From positions 408,828,001 through 408,892,000 of the forward strand of contig OZ024741.1 of NCBI GenBank assembly GCA_964016885.1: a stretch of 64,000 bases of DNA. The letters are read 5' to 3'. Both the position numbers and the translations under genes were made by a program. The stretch is from Eledone cirrhosa (taxonomy: Eukaryota). The notes under the pieces were generated by a model. It was not told the origin of the DNA. It saw nothing but the letters and a program-made list of their open reading frames with translations, and did no database searches. Each line of letters starts with the position of its first letter. Within the stretch, counting starts at the first letter, position 1. Of this stretch, positions 41,601 to 55,399 are shown in pieces.

Positions 41601-42790
41601 AAAAGCGAGACTGTACTTATATTAAAAGGAACACTGTACCTATTTTAAAAGGAAGATTGTGTACCTATTTTAAAAGGAAGACTGTGTACCTATTTTAAAA
41701 GGAAGACTGTACCTATTTTAAAAGGAAGACAACCTATTTTAAAATAAGTCTGTGTACCTATTTTAAAAGGAAGACTGTACCTATTTTAAAAGGGAGACTG
41801 TACCTATTTTAAAAGGGAGACTGTACCTATTTTAAAAGAAAGACTGTGTTTCCTATTTTAAAAGAAAGACTGTGTACCAATTTTAAAAGGGAGACTGTAC
41901 CTATTTTAAAAGTAAGACTGTACCCATTTTAAAAGGAAGACTGTGTACCTATTTTAAAAGGGAGACTCTACCTATTTTAAAAGGAAGACTGTGTACCTAT
42001 TTTAAAAGGGAGACTGTACCTATTTTAAAAGGAAAACTGTACCTATTTTAAAAGGAAGATTGTGTACCTATTTTAAAAGGAAGACTGTGTACCTATTTTA
42101 AAAGGAAGACTGTACCTATTTTAAAAGGAAGACTGTGTACCTATTTTAAAAGGAAGACTGTACCTATTTTAAAAGGGAGACAGTGTACCTATTTTAAAAG
42201 GAAGACTGTGTACCTATTTTAAAAGGAAGACTGTACCTATTTTAAAAGGAAGACTACCTATTTTAAAATAAGACTGTGTACCTATTTTAAAAGGAAGACT
42301 GTACCTATTTTAAAAGGGAGACTGTACATATTTTCAAAGGGAGACTGTACCTATTTTAAAAGGAAGACTGTGTACCTATTTTAAAAGGAAGACTGTGTAC
42401 CTATTTTAAAAGGGAGACTGTACCTATTTTAAAAGTAAGACTGTACCCATTTTAAAAGGAAGACTGTGTACCTATTTTAAAAGGGAGACTCTACCTATTT
42501 TAAAAGGAAGACTGTGTACCTATTTTAAAAGGAAGACTGTACCTATTTTAAAAGGAAGACTGTGTACCTATTTTAAAAGGGAGACTATGTACCTATTTTA
42601 AAAGGAAGACTGTACCTATTTTAAAAGGAAGACTGTGTACCTATTTTAAAAGGAAGATTGTACCTATTTTAAAAGGAAGACTGTACCTATTTTAAAAGGA
42701 AGACTGTGTACCTATTTTAAAAGGAAGACTGTACCTATTTTAAAAGGGAGACTGTGTACCTATTTTAAAAGGAAGAATGTAGCTATTTTA
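26690..42790 (+). repeat. Large near-identical duplication at offset 9168 bp (a 6638-bp unit plus an internal 2530-bp duplication)
   Basis: CGTCTTTG at 27433/36601, 28798/37966, 30898/40066 and 32164/41332 (all +9168). Private variants TGAACC 28721/37889, CTCTTTT 29271/38439 and GTACGTATCT 30271/39439 agree. 27433 to 34071 and ATAGG 27031 to 33669 give 6638. Confidence 0.92.
31640..36720 (+). repeat. Tandem duplication, period 2530 bp
   Basis: CGTCTTTG 32164/34694 and 34071/36601; TAATAGG 33669/36199; the ACGTATTT and TACTTT variants recur at +2530. Confidence 0.92.
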
Positions 42791-45700
42791 AAAGGCAGAC
42801 TGTACCTATTTTAAAAGGAAGACTGTACCTATTTTAAAAGGAAGACTGCGTACCTCTTTTAAAAGGGAGACTGTACCTATTTAAAAACGAACACTGTACC
42901 TATTTTAAAAGGAAGACTGTGTACCTATTTTAAAAGGGAGACTATGTACCTATTTTAACTGGAAGACTGTGTACCTATTTTAAAAGGAAGATTGTACCTA
43001 TTTTAAAAGGAAGATTGTACCTATTTAAAAAAAAAGACTGTGTACCTATTTTAAAAGGAAGACCGTGTACATATTTTAAAAGGAAGACTGTACCTATTTT
43101 AAAAAAGAGACTGTGTGCCTATTTTAAAAGGGAGACCGTGTACCTATTTTAAAAGGGAGACTGTACATATTTTAAAAGGAAGACTGTGTACCTATTTTAA
43201 AAGGGAGAATGTGTACCTATTTTAAAAGGGAGACTGTGTACCTATTTTAAAAGAAAGACTGTACGTCTTTGAAAAGCGAGACTGTGTAACTATTTAAAAA
43301 AAAAGACTGTATCTCTTTTAAAAGGAAGACTGTACCTATTTAAAAAAAAAGGATTTTGTACCTATTTTAAAAGGAAGACTGTACCTATTTTAAAAGGAAG
43401 ACTGTACCTATTTTAAAAGGAAGACTGTGTACCTATTTTAAAAGGAAGACTGTGTACCTATTTTAAAAGGGAGACTCTACCTATTTTAAAAGGAAGACTG
43501 TACCTATTTTAAAAGGAAGAATGTGTACCTATTTTAAAAGCGAGACTGTACTTATTTTAAAAGGAACACTGTACCTATTTTAAAAGGAAGATTGTGTACC
43601 TATTTTAAAAGGAAGACTGTACCTATTTTAAAAGGAAGACTGTGTACCTATTTTAAAAGGGAGACTGTGTACCTATTTTAAAAGGAAGACTGTACCTATT
43701 TTAAAAGGAAGACAACCTATTTTAAAATAAGTCTGTGTACCTATTTTAAAAGGAAGACTGTACTTATTTGAAAAGGGAGACTGTACCTATTTTAAAAGGG
43801 AGACTGTACCTATTTTAAAAGAAAGACTGTGTTTCCTATTTTAAAAGGAAGATTGTACCTATTTTAAAAGGAAGACTGTACCTATTTTAAAAGGAAGACT
43901 GTGTACCTATTTTAAAAGGAAGACTGTACCTATTTTAAAAGGGAGACTGTGTACCTATTTTAAAACAAAGAATGTACCTATTTTAAAAGGAAGACTGTAC
44001 CTATTTTAAAAGGAAGACTGTACCTATTTTAAAAGGAAGACTGCGTACCTATTTTAAAAGGGAGACTGTACCTATTTAAAAAGGAACACTGTACCTATTT
44101 TAAAAGGAGGACTGTGTACCTATTTTAAAAGGGAGACTATGTACCTATCTTAAAAGGAAGACTGTACCTATTTTAAAAGGAAGACTGTGTACCTATTTTA
44201 AAAGGAAGACTGTACCTATTTTAAAAGGAAGACTACCTGTTTTAAAATAAGACTGTGTACCTATTTTAAAAGGGAGACTGTACATATTTTAAAAGGGAGA
44301 CTGTACCTATTTTAAAAGGAAGACTGTGTACCTATTTTAAAAGGAAGACTGTGTACCTATTTTAAAAGGAAGACTGTACCTATTTTAAAAGTAAGACTGT
44401 ACCCATTTTAAAAGGAAGACTGTGTACCTATTTTAAAAGGGAGACTCTACCTATTTTAAAAGGAAGACTGTGTACCTATTTTAAAAGGGAGACTGTACCT
44501 ATTTTAAAAGGAAAACTGTACCTATTTTAAAAGGAAGATTGTGTACCTATTTTAAAAGGAAGACTGTGTACCTATTTTAAAAGGAAGACTGTACCTATTT
44601 TAAAAGGAAGACTGTGTACCTATTTTAAAAGGAAGACTGTACCTATTTTAAAAGGGAGACAGTGTACCTATTTTAAAAGGAAGACTGTGTACCTATTTTA
44701 AAAGGAAGACTGTACCTATTTTAAAAGGAAGACTACCTATTTTAAAATAAGACTGTGTACCTATTTTAAAAGGAAGACTGTACCTATTTTAAAAGGGAGA
44801 CTGTACATATTTTCAAAGGGAGACTGTACCTATTTTAAAAGGAAGACTGTGTACCTATTTTAAAAGGAAGACTGTGTACCTATTTTAAAAGGGAGACTGT
44901 ACCTATTTTAAAAGTAAGACTGTACCCATTTTAAAAGGAAGACTGTGTACCTATTTTAAAAGGGAGACTCTACCTATTTTAAAAGGAAGACTGTGTACCT
45001 ATTTTAAAAGGAAGACTGTACCTATTTTAAAAGGAAGACTGTGTACCTATTTTAAAAGGGAGACTATGTACCTATTTTAAAAGGAAGACTGTACCTATTT
45101 TAAAAGGAAGACTGTGTACCTATTTTAAAAGGAAGATTGTACCTATTTTAAAAGGAAGACTGTACCTATTTTAAAAGGAAGACTGTGTACCTATTTTAAA
45201 AGGAAGACTGTACCTATTTTAAAAGGGAGACTGTGTACCTATTTTAAAAGGAAGAATGTAGCTATTTTAAAAGGCAGACTGTACCTATTTTAAAAGGAAG
45301 ACTGTACCTATTTTAAAAGGAAGACTGCGTACCTCTTTTAAAAGGGAGACTGTACCTATTTAAAAACGAACACTGTACCTATTTTAAAAGGAAGACTGTG
45401 TACCTATTTTAAAAGGGAGACTATGTACCTATTTTAACTGGAAGACTGTGTACCTATTTTAAAAGGAAGATTGTACCTATTTTAAAAGGAAGATTGTACC
45501 TATTTAAAAAAAAAGACTGTGTACCTATTTTAAAAGGAAGACCGTGTACATATTTTAAAAGGAAGACTGTACCTATTTTAAAAAAGAGACTGTGTGCCTA
45601 TTTTAAAAGGGAGACCGTGTACCTATTTTAAAAGGGAGACTGTACATATTTTAAAAGGAAGACTGTGTACCTATTTTAAAAGGGAGAATGTGTACCTATT

Positions 45701-46860
45701 TTAAAAGGGAGACTGTGTACCTATTTTAAAAGAAAGACTGTACGTCTTTGAAAAGCGAGACTGTGTAACTATTTAAAAAAAAAGACTGTATCTCTTTTAA
45801 AAGGAAGACTGTACCTATTTAAAAAAAAAGGATTTTGTACCTATTTTAAAAGGAAGACTGTACCTATTTTAAAAGGAAGACTGTACCTATTTTAAAAGGA
45901 AGACTGTGTACCTATTTTAAAAGGAAGACTGTGTACCTATTTTAAAAGGGAGACTCTACCTATTTTAAAAGGAAGACTGTACCTATTTTAAAAGGAAGAA
46001 TGTGTACCTATTTTAAAAGCGAGACTGTACTTATTTTAAAAGGAACACTGTACCTATTTTAAAAGGAAGATTGTGTACCTATTTTAAAAGGAAGACTGTA
46101 CCTATTTTAAAAGGAAGACTGTGTACCTATTTTAAAAGGGAGACTGTGTACCTATTTTAAAAGGAAGACTGTACCTATTTTAAAAGGAAGACAACCTATT
46201 TTAAAATAAGTCTGTGTACCTATTTTAAAAGGAAGACTGTACTTATTTGAAAAGGGAGACTGTACCTATTTTAAAAGGGAGACTGTACCTATTTTAAAAG
46301 AAAGACTGTGTTTCCTATTTTAAAAGGAAGATTGTACCTATTTTAAAAGGAAGACTGTACCTATTTTAAAAGGAAGACTGTGTACCTATTTTAAAAGGAA
46401 GACTGTACCTATTTTAAAAGGGAGACTGTGTACCTATTTTAAAACAAAGAATGTACCTATTTTAAAAGGAAGACTGTACCTATTTTAAAAGGAAGACTGT
46501 ACCTATTTTAAAAGGAAGACTGCGTACCTATTTTAAAAGGGAGACTGTACCTATTTAAAAAGGAACACTGTACCTATTTTAAAAGGAGGACTGTGTACCT
46601 ATTTTAAAAGGGAGACTATGTACCTATCTTAAAAGGAAGACTGTACCTATTTTAAAAGGAAGACTGTGTACCTATTTTAAAAGGAAGACTGTACCTATTT
46701 TAAAAGGAAGACTACCTGTTTTAAAATAAGACTGTGTACCTATTTTAAAAGAGAGACTGTACATATTTTAAAAGGGAGACTGTACCTATTTTAAAAGGAA
46801 GACTGTGTACCTATTTTAAAAGGAAGACTGTGTACCTATTTTAAAAGGAAGACTGTACCT
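41900..46860 (+). repeat. Tandem duplication, period 2479 bp
   Basis: AGGCAGAC 42796/45275, AACTGG 42959/45438 and CGTCTTTG 43264/45743. The ATCTCTTTT variant (about 43311/45790) appears only in these two copies. Confidence 0.92.
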
Positions 46861-49800
46861 ATTTTAAAAGGAAGACTGTACCTATTTTAAAAGGAAGACT
46901 GCGTACCTATTTTAAAAGGGAGACTATGTACCTATTTTAAAAGGAAGTATGTACCTATTTTAAAAGGAAGACTGTGTACCTATTTTAAAAGGAAGATTGT
47001 ACCTATTTTAAAAGGAAGACTGTACCTATTTAAAAAAAGACTGTGTACCTATTTTAAAAGGAAGACCGTGTACGTATTTTAAAAGGAAGACTGTACCTAT
47101 TTTAAAAAAGAGACTGTGTGCCTATTTTAAAAGGGAGACCGTGTACCTATTTTAAAAGGGAGACTGTACATATTTTAAAAGGAAGACTGTGTACCTATTT
47201 TATAAGGAAGAATGTACCTATTTTAAAAGGAAGACTGTGTACCTAATTTAAAAGGAAGACTGTGTACCTATTTTAAAAGGGAGAATGTGTACCTATTTCA
47301 AAAGGAAGACTGTACCTATTTTAAAAGGAAGACTGTGTACCTATTTTAAAAGGGAGACTGTACCTATTTTAAAAGGAAAACTGTACCTATTTTAAAAGGA
47401 AGATTGTGTACCTATTTTAAAACAAAGACTGTACCTATTTTAAAAGGAAGACTGTGTACCTATTTTAAAAGGGAGACTGTACCTATTTTAAAAGGGAGAC
47501 TGTGTACCTATTTTAAAACAAAGAATGTACCTATTTTAAAAGGAAGACTCTACCTATTTTAAAAGGAAGACTGTACCTATTTTAAAAGGAAGACTGCGTA
47601 CCTATTTTAAAAGGGAGACTGTACCTATTTAAAAAGGAACACTGTACCTATTTTAAAAGGAGGACTGTGTACCTATTTTAAAAGGGAGACTATGTACCTA
47701 TCTTAAAAGGAAGACTGTACCTATTTTAAAAGGAAGACTGTGTACCTATTTTAAAAGGAAGACTGTACCTATTTTAAAAGGAAGACTACCTATTTTAAAA
47801 TAAGACTGTGTACCTATTTTAAAAGGGAGACTGTACCTATTTTAAAAGGAAGACTGTACCTATTTTAAAAGGAAGACTGCGTACCTATTTTAAAAGAGAG
47901 ACTATGTACCTATTTTAAAAGGAAGAATGTACCTATTTTAAAAGGGAGACTGTGTACCTATTTTAAAAGGAAGACTGTGTACCTAATTTAAAAGGAAGAC
48001 TGTGTACCTATTTTAAAAGGGAGAATGTGTACCCATTTTAAAAGGGAGACTGTGTACCTATTTTAAAAGAAAGACTGTACGTCTTTGAAAAGCGAGACTG
48101 TGTACCTATTTAAAAAAAAGACTGTATCTATTTTAAAAGGAAGACTGTACCTATTTAAAAAAAGGATTGTGTACCTATTTTAAAAGGAAGACTGTACCTA
48201 TTTTAAAAGGAAGACTGTACGTATTTTAAAAGGAAGACTGTGTACCTACTTTAAAAGGAAGACTGTGTACCTATTTTAAAAGGGAGACTGTACCTATTTT
48301 AAAAGGAAGACTGTACCTATTTTAAAAGGAAGACTGTGTACCTATTTTAAAAGCGAGACTGTACTTATATTAAAAGGAACACTGTACCTATTTTAAAAGG
48401 AAGATTGTGTACCTATTTTAAAAGGAAGACTGTGTACCTATTTTAAAAGGAAGACTGTACCTATTTTAAAAGGAAGACAACCTATTTTAAAATAAGTCTG
48501 TGTACCTATTTTAAAAGGAAGACTGTACCTATTTTAAAAGGGAGACTGTACCTATTTTAAAAGGGAGACTGTACCTATTTTAAAAGAAAGACTGTGTTTC
48601 CTATTTTAAAAGAAAGACTGTGTACCAATTTTAAAAGGGAGACTGTACCTATTTTAAAAGTAAGACTGTACCCATTTTAAAAGGAAGACTGTGTACCTAT
48701 TTTAAAAGGGAGACTCTACCTATTTTAAAAGGAAGACTGTGTACCTATTTTAAAAGGGAGACTGTACCTATTTTAAAAGGAAAACTGTACCTATTTTAAA
48801 AGGAAGATTGTGTACCTATTTTAAAAGGAAGACTGTGTACCTATTTTAAAAGGAAGACTGTACCTATTTTAAAAGGAAGACTGTGTACCTATTTTAAAAG
48901 GAAGACTGTACCTATTTTAAAAGGGAGACAGTGTACCTATTTTAAAAGGAAGACTGTGTACCTATTTTAAAAGGAAGACTGTACCTATTTTAAAAGGAAG
49001 ACTACCTATTTTAAAATAAGACTGTGTACCTATTTTAAAAGGAAGACTGTACCTATTTTAAAAGGGAGACTGTACATATTTTCAAAGGGAGACTGTACCT
49101 ATTTTAAAAGGAAGACTGTGTACCTATTTTAAAAGGAAGACTGTGTACCTATTTTAAAAGGGAGACTGTACCTATTTTAAAAGTAAGACTGTACCCATTT
49201 TAAAAGGAAGACTGTGTACCTATTTTAAAAGGGAGACTCTACCTATTTTAAAAGGAAGACTGTGTACCTATTTTAAAAGGAAGACTGTACCTATTTTAAA
49301 AGGAAGACTGTGTACCTATTTTAAAAGGGAGACTATGTACCTATTTTAAAAGGAAGACTGTACCTATTTTAAAAGGAAGACTGTGTACCTATTTTAAAAG
49401 GAAGATTGTACCTATTTTAAAAGGAAGACTGTACCTATTTTAAAAGGAAGACTGTGTACCTATTTTAAAAGGAAGACTGTACCTATTTTAAAAGGGAGAC
49501 TGTGTACCTATTTTAAAAGGAAGAATGTAGCTATTTTAAAAGGCAGACTGTACCTATTTTAAAAGGAAGACTGTACCTATTTTAAAAGGAAGACTGCGTA
49601 CCTCTTTTAAAAGGGAGACTGTACCTATTTAAAAACGAACACTGTACCTATTTTAAAAGGAAGACTGTGTACCTATTTTAAAAGGGAGACTATGTACCTA
49701 TTTTAACTGGAAGACTGTGTACCTATTTTAAAAGGAAGATTGTACCTATTTTAAAAGGAAGATTGTACCTATTTAAAAAAAAAGACTGTGTACCTATTTT

Positions 49801-50179
49801 AAAAGGAAGACCGTGTACATATTTTAAAAGGAAGACTGTACCTATTTTAAAAAAGAGACTGTGTGCCTATTTTAAAAGGGAGACCGTGTACCTATTTTAA
49901 AAGGGAGACTGTACATATTTTAAAAGGAAGACTGTGTACCTATTTTAAAAGGGAGAATGTGTACCTATTTTAAAAGGGAGACTGTGTACCTATTTTAAAA
50001 GAAAGACTGTACGTCTTTGAAAAGCGAGACTGTGTAACTATTTAAAAAAAAAGACTGTATCTATTTTAAAAGGAAGACTGTACCTATTTAAAAAAAAAGG
50101 ATTTTGTACCTATTTTAAAAGGAAGACTGTACCTATTTTAAAAGGAAGACTGTACCTATTTTAAAAGGAAGACTGTGTA

Positions 50180-52140
50180 CCTATTTTAAAAGGAAGACTG
50201 TGTACCTATTTTAAAAGGGAGACTCTACCTATTTTAAAAGGAAGACTGTACCTATTTTAAAAGGAAGAATGTGTACCTATTTTAAAAGCGAGACTGTACT
50301 TATTTTAAAAGGAACACTGTACCTATTTTAAAAGGAAGATTGTGTACCTATTTTAAAAGGAAGACTGTACCTATTTTAAAAGGAAGACTGTGTACCTATT
50401 TTAAAAGGGAGACTGTGTACCTATTTTAAAAGGAAGACTGTACCTATTTTAAAAGGAAGACAACCTATTTTAAAATAAGTCTGTGTACCTATTTTAAAAG
50501 GAAGACTGTACTTATTTGAAAAGGGAGACTGTACCTATTTTAAAAGGGAGACTGTACCTATTTTAAAAGAAAGACTGTGTTTCCTATTTTAAAAGGAAGA
50601 TTGTACCTATTTTAAAAGGAAGACTGTACCTATTTTAAAAGGAAGACTGTGTACCTATTTTAAAAGGAAGACTGTACCTATTTTAAAAGGGAGACTGTGT
50701 ACCTATTTTAAAACAAAGAATGTACCTATTTTAAAAGGAAGACTGTACCTATTTTAAAAGGAAGACTGTACCTATTTTAAAAGGAAGACTGCGTACCTAT
50801 TTTAAAAGGGAGACTGTACCTATTTAAAAAGGAACACTGTACCTATTTTAAAAGGAGGACTGTGTACCTATTTTAAAAGGGAGACTATGTACCTATCTTA
50901 AAAGGAAGACTGTACCTATTTTAAAAGGAAGACTGTGTACCTATTTTAAAAGGAAGACTGTACCTATTTTAAAAGGAAGACTACCTGTTTTAAAATAAGA
51001 CTGTGTACCTATTTTAAAAGGGAGACTGTACATATTTTAAAAGGGAGACTGTACCTATTTTAAAAGGAAGACTGTGTACCTATTTTAAAAGGAAGACTGT
51101 GTACCTATTTTAAAAGGAAGACTGTACCTATTTTAAAAGGAAGACTGTACCTATTTTAAAAGGAAGACTGTGTACCTATTTTAAAAGGGAGACTCTACCT
51201 ATTTTAAAAGGAAGACTGTACCTATTTTAAAAGGAAGAATGTGTACCTATTTTAAAAGCGAGACTGTACTTATTTTAAAAGGAACACTGTACCTATTTTA
51301 AAAGGAAGATTGTGTACCTATTTTAAAAGGAAGACTGTACCTATTTTAAAAGGAAGACTGTGTACCTATTTTAAAAGGGAGACTGTGTACCTATTTTAAA
51401 AGGAAGACTGTACCTATTTTAAAAGGAAGACAACCTATTTTAAAATAAGTCTGTGTACCTATTTTAAAAGGAAGACTGTACTTATTTGAAAAGGGAGACT
51501 GTACCTATTTTAAAAGGGAGACTGTACCTATTTTAAAAGAAAGACTGTGTTTCCTATTTTAAAAGGAAGATTGTACCTATTTTAAACGGAAGACTGTACC
51601 TATTTTAAAAGGAAGACTGTGTACCTATTTTAAAAGGAAGACTGTACCTATTTTAAAAGGGAGACTGTGTACCTATTTTAAAACAAAGAATGTACCTATT
51701 TTAAAAGGAAGACTGTACCTATTTTAAAAGGAAGACTGTACCTATTTTAAAAGGAAGACTGCGTACCTATTTTAAAAGGGAGACTGTACCTATTTAAAAA
51801 GGAACACTGTACCTATTTTAAAAGGAGGACTGTGTACCTATTTTAAAAGGGAGACTATGTACCTATCTTAAAAGGAAGACTGTACCTATTTTAAAAGGAA
51901 GACTGTGTACCTATTTTAAAAGGAAGACTGTACCTATTTTAAAAGGAAGACTACCTGTTTTAAAATAAGACTGTGTACCTATTTTAAAAGGGAGACTGTA
52001 CATATTTTAAAAGGGAGACTGTACCTATTTTAAAAGGAAGACTGTGTACCTATTTTAAAAGGAAGACTGTGTACCTATTTTAAAAGGAAGACTGTACCTA
52101 TTTTAAAAGGAAGACTGTACCTATTTTAAAAGGAAGACTG
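50180..52140 (+). repeat. Tandem duplication, period 970 bp, inside an HOR copy
   Basis: CTTATTTGAA 50511/51481, GACAACC about 50459/51429, CTACCTGTTT 50981/51951. Confidence 0.9.
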
Positions 52141-55100
52141 CGTACCTATTTTAAAAGGGAGACTATGTACCTATTTTAAAAGGAAGTATGTACCTATTTT
52201 AAAAGGAAGACTGTGTACCTATTTTAAAAGGAAGATTGTACCTATTTTAAAAGGAAGACTGTACCTATTTAAAAAAAGACTGTGTACCTATTTTAAAAGG
52301 AAGACCGTGTACGTATTTTAAAAGGAAGACTGTACCTATTTTAAAAAAGAGACTGTGTGCCTATTTTAAAAGGGAGACCGTGTACCTATTTTAAAAGGGA
52401 GACTGTACATATTTTAAAAGGAAGACTGTGTACCTATTTTATAAGGAAGAATGTACCTATTTTAAAAGGAAGACTGTGTACCTAATTTAAAAGGAAGACT
52501 GTGTACCTATTTTAAAAGGGAGAATGTGTACCTATTTCAAAAGGAAGACTGTACCTATTTTAAAAGGAAGACTGTGTACCTATTTTAAAAGGGAGACTGT
52601 ACCTATTTTAAAAGGAAAACTGTACCTATTTTAAAAGGAAGATTGTGTACCTATTTTAAAACAAAGACTGTACCTATTTTAAAAGGAAGACTGTGTACCT
52701 ATTTTAAAAGGGAGACTGTACCTATTTTAAAAGGGAGACTGTGTACCTATTTTAAAACAAAGAATGTACCTATTTTAAAAGGAAGACTCTACCTATTTTA
52801 AAAGGAAGACTGTACCTATTTTAAAAGGAAGACTGCGTACCTATTTTAAAAGGGAGACTGTACCTATTTAAAAAGGAACACTGTACCTATTTTAAAAGGA
52901 GGACTGTGTACCTATTTTAAAAGGGAGACTATGTACCTATCTTAAAAGGAAGACTGTACCTATTTTAAAAGGAAGACTGTGTACCTATTTTAAAAGGAAG
53001 ACTGTACCTATTTTAAAAGGAAGACTACCTATTTTAAAATAAGACTGTGTACCTATTTTAAAAGGGAGACTGTACCTATTTTAAAAGGAAGACTGTACCT
53101 ATTTTAAAAGGAAGACTGCGTACCTATTTTAAAAGAGAGACTATGTACCTATTTTAAAAGGAAGAATGTACCTATTTTAAAAGGGAGACTGTGTACCTAT
53201 TTTAAAAGGAAGACTGTGTACCTAATTTAAAAGGAAGACTGTGTACCTATTTTAAAAGGGAGAATGTGTACCCATTTTAAAAGGGAGACTGTGTACCTAT
53301 TTTAAAAGAAAGACTGTACGTCTTTGAAAAGCGAGACTGTGTACCTATTTAAAAAAAAGACTGTATCTATTTTAAAAGGAAGACTGTACCTATTTAAAAA
53401 AAGGATTGTGTACCTATTTTAAAAGGAAGACTGTACCTATTTTAAAAGGAAGACTGTACGTATTTTAAAAGGAAGACTGTGTACCTACTTTAAAAGGAAG
53501 ACTGTGTACCTATTTTAAAAGGGAGACTGTACCTATTTTAAAAGGAAGACTGTACCTATTTTAAAAGGAAGACTGTGTACCTATTTTAAAAGCGAGACTG
53601 TACTTATATTAAAAGGAACACTGTACCTATTTTAAAAGGAAGATTGTGTACCTATTTTAAAAGGAAGACTGTGTACCTATTTTAAAAGGAAGACTGTACC
53701 TATTTTAAAAGGAAGACAACCTATTTTAAAATAAGTCTGTGTACCTATTTTAAAAGGAAGACTGTACCTATTTTAAAAGGGAGACTGTACCTATTTTAAA
53801 AGGGAGACTGTACCTATTTTAAAAGAAAGACTGTGTTTCCTATTTTAAAAGAAAGACTGTGTACCAATTTTAAAAGGGAGACTGTACCTATTTTAAAAGT
53901 AAGACTGTACCCATTTTAAAAGGAAGACTGTGTACCTATTTTAAAAGGGAGACTCTACCTATTTTAAAAGGAAGACTGTGTACCTATTTTAAAAGGGAGA
54001 CTGTACCTATTTTAAAAGGAAAACTGTACCTATTTTAAAAGGAAGATTGTGTACCTATTTTAAAAGGAAGACTGTGTACCTATTTTAAAAGGAAGACTGT
54101 ACCTATTTTAAAAGGAAGACTGTGTACCTATTTTAAAAGGAAGACTGTACCTATTTTAAAAGGGAGACAGTGTACCTATTTTAAAAGGAAGACTGTGTAC
54201 CTATTTTAAAAGGAAGACTGTACCTATTTTAAAAGGAAGACTACCTATTTTAAAATAAGACTGTGTACCTATTTTAAAAGGAAGACTGTACCTATTTTAA
54301 AAGGGAGACTGTACATATTTTCAAAGGGAGACTGTACCTATTTTAAAAGGAAGACTGTGTACCTATTTTAAAAGGAAGACTGTGTACCTATTTTAAAAGG
54401 GAGACTGTACCTATTTTAAAAGTAAGACTGTACCCATTTTAAAAGGAAGACTGTGTACCTATTTTAAAAGGGAGACTCTACCTATTTTAAAAGGAAGACT
54501 GTGTACCTATTTTAAAAGGAAGACTGTACCTATTTTAAAAGGAAGACTGTGTACCTATTTTAAAAGGGAGACTATGTACCTATTTTAAAAGGAAGACTGT
54601 ACCTATTTTAAAAGGAAGACTGTGTACCTATTTTAAAAGGAAGATTGTACCTATTTTAAAAGGAAGACTGTACCTATTTTAAAAGGAAGACTGTGTACCT
54701 ATTTTAAAAGGAAGACTGTACCTATTTTAAAAGGGAGACTGTGTACCTATTTTAAAAGGAAGAATGTAGCTATTTTAAAAGGCAGACTGTACCTATTTTA
54801 AAAGGAAGACTGTACCTATTTTAAAAGGAAGACTGCGTACCTCTTTTAAAAGGGAGACTGTACCTATTTAAAAACGAACACTGTACCTATTTTAAAAGGA
54901 AGACTGTGTACCTATTTTAAAAGGGAGACTATGTACCTATTTTAACTGGAAGACTGTGTACCTATTTTAAAAGGAAGATTGTACCTATTTTAAAAGGAAG
55001 ATTGTACCTATTTAAAAAAAAAGACTGTGTACCTATTTTAAAAGGAAGACCGTGTACATATTTTAAAAGGAAGACTGTACCTATTTTAAAAAAGAGACTG

Positions 55101-55399
55101 TGTGCCTATTTTAAAAGGGAGACCGTGTACCTATTTTAAAAGGGAGACTGTACATATTTTAAAAGGAAGACTGTGTACCTATTTTAAAAGGGAGAATGTG
55201 TACCTATTTTAAAAGGGAGACTGTGTACCTATTTTAAAAGAAAGACTGTACGTCTTTGAAAAGCGAGACTGTGTAACTATTTAAAAAAAAAGACTGTATC
55301 TATTTTAAAAGGAAGACTGTACCTATTTAAAAAAAAAGGATTTTGTACCTATTTTAAAAGGAAGACTGTACCTATTTTAAAAGGAAGACTGTACCTATT

